This document shows, piece by piece, positions 60,161-64,000 of a stretch of 64,000 nt of DNA. This stretch comes from a virus. Each line of letters opens with the position of its first letter. Position 1 is the stretch's first letter. The notes beneath the pieces are model-generated. The model was not told the DNA's origin. It searched no databases and worked only from the letters and a program-made list of their open reading frames with translations. The stretch covers positions 49,401-113,400 of the IMG/VR virus record IMGVR_UViG_3300049846_000430; one strand, 5' to 3'. The position numbers and the translations under genes were made by a program.

Positions 60161-60311
60161 TTGCAAGATAGATTAAGGTGGTGAGAAATGTAATGAGAAC
60201 CATAAAGAGATGCACATATGCAGGTCCTGGTCCATCATTAATTAACAGATGAGTGGATACAATAAAGCACACAAGTGATAATGTACCCATGATGAATGAA
60301 AGTGTTTTCAT
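60126..60311 (-). CDS. Small 2-TM membrane protein
   Basis: ATG 60311 after an AAACCTAATC leader. Confidence 0.6.
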   Translation of the reverse strand: MKTLSFIMGTLSLVCFIVSTHLLINDGPGPAYVHLFMVLITFLTTLIYLANGIYEIFQSKR

Positions 60312-60763
60312 ATATTTAGTTTGATTAGGTTTCAGAATTAAAAGGGCTACCTTGATCATCTTAGGTTCCTCCCTTTTGTAGATTTGACGTACACATAGCA
60401 CTGCATACACTGACCTTTTAAATAAATAATACCATTGTTACTTTATTGCTCTGTTCACAATGATAGAAGACTTACCATTTCCCTTACTTTGTCAAATCAA
60501 GTTTTTCAGGAATACTCTATTCTTCTGCTTTTGTCTTACCCCTCTGCACTCAGTTGTTATGACGTAACAGGTTCGTCTAAATGGTCTCCGAAGTCCAAAT
60601 AACAACTGCTCACCCTTGGGAGCTGATTAATCAGTGTTCTCTACACTCAATGATGAAAAGAGTGATGGGAATTGAACCCATATTAATCAGGTGGTTTCAC
60701 ATCTTACATTTGCATTACCACATGCTTATTCTAGCGGTTTATTTCACCCGCCAAAATCTTCAA

Positions 60764-61768
60764 TGTAAAAAGTCTTTATATCCACGTGAGAATGGTGCAT
60801 TAATAATGGGAGAGATTTGTGTTGTAGGTACTCTCCCGGTGACCTGCTGACTAGGCTTTCCTTTTGGCTCTTACATCCCAAAGTCATAAGGGAACGGCAC
60901 ATCTTAGTTTGTTTCCATAAATTTTGGTGGCTAACCGGATTCAAGGGATTTACATTTCCAAAGCCATAAGGAAAACACCACTGTGAAAAAAAACTGGTGT
61001 AGGTGGACGTTTTCATCTCCTAATTGACCAGATAGAGAAATAAAGGCTGAGTGTTGACCTTCATTCTGATAATTTTGTAACCTTTCGGTCACTTACACAC
61101 ACTCTGGATTACTCCAAAGTATATCAGATAGCGAGTAGACTAACTACCATGTACTTTCCTGCTTATATATGCTTCCTTTTCAACCAAGTGTCTTGCGGAC
61201 CAAAGAGGATGCCTCCTCACCTTAGATTTACTCATTCTACATCACATTCTCATCCTTGCGGGACTTACTGTGCCCTCATATTACAGAGGGATAACGCTAT
61301 TTTCAGCTGGAAAGATGGTTGGCTTTTGCTCAATTTTTTAATTGTTTAAGTAAACAATGCCAAGATCCAGGATGTGCAACCATGCATCTATCATGCTTCC
61401 TTTTGAGAAGTTTAGATAGTACACCCCAGTGTAGATTACCAGTCTACGTTGCTTTGTGATACTGTTACCGCACCACTTGCAATGGTCTCAACCCTTGAGT
61501 TTTTGGTAAAACTCTTGAGTCAGTACCTACAGATTCCCTTATTGTGCTTTCACACTCAAATCCCTTGGCAGGGATTCAACACTCAGATGATAATCCTCTG
61601 TGTTGATTGTCTGCATGCTTACATGGATTAGGTTTCCCTAACGCAAACTCACCTTGTTCAAGTGGTTCACTTTAATCACCATTACTGGTTTTATCCTAAC
61701 GACCATAAACAGCCGTGTCTGTTAGTTCAGAGCAAGCTCCTTAACGCATACACCGTGGATATTTTACA
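60764..61768 (-). ncRNA. Putative large structured non-coding RNA (GOLLD/ROOL-like class, family unassigned)
   Basis: No credible ORF; end-to-end pairing; many GNRA-capped hairpins on the - strand; 11-bp long-range loop pairing. Confidence 0.65.
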
Positions 61769-61922
61769 ATCCTGTAGGTAGACAAGTATGCTTAATGGTC
61801 TTTAAGGGTAATAGACCAAACCCTGTTCATTATGTACTCAGTTGAACTCTGGCCAGTAACTTACTGGATAGGATGCATTCACTAGATTAGAGTGAGAACA
61901 ATGCCCAAACAAACTCACTTGG

Positions 61923-61955
61923 AAAGTGTACCCTGATTTCTCAGGGATACACTTT
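61923..61955 (-). terminator. 14-bp GAAA-capped hairpin (terminator or processing site)
   Basis: AAAGTGTA-T-CCCTGA-GAAA-TCAGGG-TACACTTT just after stop 61967. Confidence 0.6.
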
Positions 61956-61966
61956 AGAAGATATCC

Positions 61967-62350
61967 TCAGTAGAATATCTTATATCTTTTGGGATCTTCA
62001 TCCACTGGACCTGTAGCATCCTCAAGTGGAGGAATAGGAGTGATATCTAGATACCAGGTATCCAGACTACGTTCATGAGAGCACTCAAGCCACATACCAT
62101 TCTCTAAGAGAACTTTGTCAGCAATGAGGTCATGCTTGATTACCTTGAGGGCAACAGAAGCATAACTTTCAGGTCTAGTGAATTCATAACCAGCAGGTGG
62201 TTTAGGAAAGAAAGGACTTTCCTTACCAACTCTGGTAACAAATGATTCACGCTCTGTGATCATGCCTTTAGCAAGCTTAGACACGTACACAAACAACTCT
62301 GGTCTCTGAGCAAGTACCACCTGCTCAAGAAGGTTTTGAAAATTTTCCAT
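61967..62350 (-). CDS. Hypothetical early protein, paralog of 62415-62783
   Basis: Shared LEQVVLAQ.PELF.Y..KL.K.MI...FP..P.GY.F..PESYA.....VIKHD.I. Confidence 0.8.
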   Translation of the reverse strand: MENFQNLLEQVVLAQRPELFVYVSKLAKGMITERESFVTRVGKESPFFPKPPAGYEFTRPESYASVALKVIKHDLIADKVLLENGMWLECSHERSLDTWYLDITPIPPLEDATGPVDEDPKRYKIFY

Positions 62351-62380
62351 ATGATTTTATTTAATTTAGGTTTCAAAAGG

Positions 62381-63081
62381 AAAGCAGTTTAAACACATGG
62401 CTTAGGTGTTAGGATTAGAAGATGTCTTCTTCTACAAGAACCTTTTTGGGTTCTTCAATAGGTTCAAGCTCATGAATCCATGAAGACTCACGATCACTGT
62501 AGTTCTTAGCTTCACGCCAAACACCATCAATAACCAAGACTTGATTTGTGATCTTGTCATGTTTGATAACGGCAGCTTTGATAGTAGCATAAGACTCAGG
62601 GTTCTTGAACTTGTAACCATCTGGAGCTTGAGGAAACAAAGAAGAGTCTTTGAATACTCTAATGAAAACATGGTCCATGTCTTGGATCATGTTCTTGCTA
62701 AGCTTCTGAGCATAGATGAATAGTTCAGGATTCTGTGCGAGCACAACTTGCTCAAGCACAGATTGAAATGTTGTGTTTTCCATATGTGTTTTTAGATTAG
62801 GTTCAAATTGAAAGCAGTTTAGACACTTGCTTAGGTGTAGGACTTCATCCCATAGAGAGTTGTTTTTTCTTTACGTACCATGGCTCACAAGCGGTACAAC
62901 CTTTCCAGGAATTAAAAGTTGGATTTCATAAGACAGTCTCAATTTATTACACGCAAGTCACTAGCGTGGAATCAAGAACCTTCTAGTAAGGATTACCAAC
63001 ATATCAGTGTCAGTTTTACCTAAGTTAAGTAACTAGAATTTTAGAAGTGAAAGCAGTTTATAACCACATGCTTAGGTGGTT
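62381..63081 (-). repeat. Three copies of a ~30-nt H-type pseudoknot motif (62381-62410, 62811-62838, 63050-63081)
   Basis: CAC-CTAAGC-N2-3-GTG...TAAACTGCTTT with covarying stem 1. Confidence 0.85.
62415..62783 (-). CDS. Hypothetical early protein, paralog of 61967-62350
   Basis: See paralog. Confidence 0.8.
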   Translation of the reverse strand: MENTTFQSVLEQVVLAQNPELFIYAQKLSKNMIQDMDHVFIRVFKDSSLFPQAPDGYKFKNPESYATIKAAVIKHDKITNQVLVIDGVWREAKNYSDRESSWIHELEPIEEPKKVLVEEDIF

Positions 63082-63154
63082 TGGTACAAGAAGGCACATA
63101 TATCAATATATAAAATAATGATACACCTTACCTTTATGCTTCATAGAGAACAGC

Positions 63155-63199
63155 TGGTTCCCTATGCTGGAATTGAACCAGCTTTAACCATTTAGGGAA
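63155..63199 (-). ncRNA. tRNA minihelix-like RNA (acceptor + T arm + encoded CCA)
   Basis: TCCCTAA-ATGGTTAAA-GCTGG-TTCAATT-CCAGC-ATAGGGA-A-CCA. Confidence 0.6.
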
Positions 63200-63410
63200 T
63201 ATTAGCTATATAAAATTATTATAGCTTGTGTAACAAAAGAGAAAAGAGAATATGCTTGAATGTGTGTGAGTATGTATACCCACCCATAAATACATCCTTG
63301 CATATGCCCTTGCAGTACCCCTGCAGTAACTATATACAGCAGTTTGAATAGACAAGTGTGTAGAGACCGCTACACTTTAATCCCTGGACTGTTAGGATCT
63401 TGTTAAAGAG

Positions 63411-63448
63411 AAGGACTGACTACAGCTCAGTGGCTATAATCAGTCCTT
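63411..63448 (-). other. 16-bp RNA hairpin (terminator or RNase III-type site)
   Basis: Continuous only on the - strand, through two G-U pairs. Confidence 0.6.
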
Positions 63449-63464
63449 GAAAGGTTTCTGCAGA

Positions 63465-63854
63465 TTACTCTGCAGATTTGGCCTTCTTGGCCTTGGGCTC
63501 CGGAGGAGTGATGGAGTCTTCAAAGACTTCATCAGCCTCCACCCAGAGCATGCCGGTGGGCTTACCCTCCTTGTCTTTGACAGGAGCGGTAGAGAACCGG
63601 AAGCCTGGGATAGGAGTGCCAGGACCTTTAGCAAGGAGCTTGCTTGCAAGCCTTTTAAAGTCCTGGTGGTCCTCCCGCACAGGTAGACCTGTTTCAGCGT
63701 CTACCAGACACAGGATCCCGAAGGTGACCTGTTTCTGAGTGCGGGTTTTGAAGGCCATGCCTTCAATGGAGCATGCCACTGTTTCCAGTGGTGAGTCAGT
63801 CACAATAATCATAGATTTTGTGATCTTGCGGAAATAAACTTGTTTGTTTTGCAT
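63465..63854 (-). CDS. Hypothetical early protein
   Basis: ATG 63854 after an A-rich leader; visibly more GC-rich than the rest of the window. Confidence 0.65.
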   Translation of the reverse strand: MQNKQVYFRKITKSMIIVTDSPLETVACSIEGMAFKTRTQKQVTFGILCLVDAETGLPVREDHQDFKRLASKLLAKGPGTPIPGFRFSTAPVKDKEGKPTGMLWVEADEVFEDSITPPEPKAKKAKSAE

Positions 63855-64000
63855 GATATATGTAATTAAAGGGTTATTCATGTATGGGGTGCCAACTGGC
63901 TAAAAAGTAGGTGGGGAGCGGAATTTGGGGACCCCTTAAGAACCACACACATAAAATGAAAAATATGGTAGGAAAAATTTTTATCGGTTCCGGGAGTGGA

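Noticed and set aside
60538-60634. Assignment as a twister or hatchet ribozyme
   Set aside because: Partial motif resemblance only; P4/T2 and the cleavage-site strand could not be placed
60657-60700. tmRNA 3' end
   Set aside because: No GGGG 5' end, no G3-U70 pair and no CCA; only the T arm is shared
60717-60728. 12-nt match (ACCACATGCTTA) to pseudoknot copy 3
   Set aside because: The complementary strands needed for both stems are missing; not counted as a fourth copy
60850-61165. AGGAAAG motifs suggesting RNase P RNA
   Set aside because: Neither reads GAGGAAAGTCC and no matching 3' P4 strand was found
60581-61631. Short ORFs (60-90 aa) in the putative ncRNA region
   Set aside because: Atypical composition, mostly alternative starts, lacking the A-rich leader seen for real genes; RNA structure explains the region better
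62381-63081. CRISPR array interpretation of the three repeats
   Set aside because: Spacing of 200-400 nt containing genes, variable repeat length, no cas genes
1-64000. Stop-codon reassignment, introns or inteins, as seen in some crAss-like phages
   Set aside because: Genes read through intact in the standard code, no suppressor tRNA, and no intein or intron motifs noticed in PolB, helicases or vRNAP
63885-64000. G-rich tract as genome terminus or vRNAP promoter
   Set aside because: Plausible by position but cut by the window edge; no repeat or second copy to support it

Overview
A 64-kb piece of a large AT-rich dsDNA phage genome with crAss-like (Crassvirales-related) organisation. The host is probably in the Bacteroidota: TAnnTTTG promoter elements recur and translation starts are A-rich with no Shine-Dalgarno. 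The + strand half (1-31118) is the late/virion block. It holds a 5'-truncated >5070-aa virion protein with a zincin HExxH and the DFDID RNA-polymerase motif, a 2224-aa polyvalent virion protein (ART-like and PD-(D/E)xK domains), a cluster of small Lys-rich proteins punctuated by xxGG motifs, tail/structural genes and a lysis cassette with a GH19 endolysin. A bidirectional terminator (~31143-31170) separates it from the - strand block (31166-63854). That block carries replication/recombination genes (PolB, primase, DnaB-like and SF2 helicases, Sak4-like ATPase, exonuclease, RusA-like, UDG, dNMP kinase), a MoxR/VWA module flanked by three proteins sharing a helical motif, tRNA-Arg(UCU) and small early genes. 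The most striking unexplained signal is RNA-level, in the putative early region on the - strand: a ~1-kb ORF-free, GNRA-rich, end-paired structured RNA (60764-61768) with an 11-bp long-range pseudoknot, three tRNA-like RNAs that keep acceptor/T arms but lack a normal anticodon arm, and a 3-copy covarying H-type pseudoknot. All assignments come from motifs read by eye; no searches were run.
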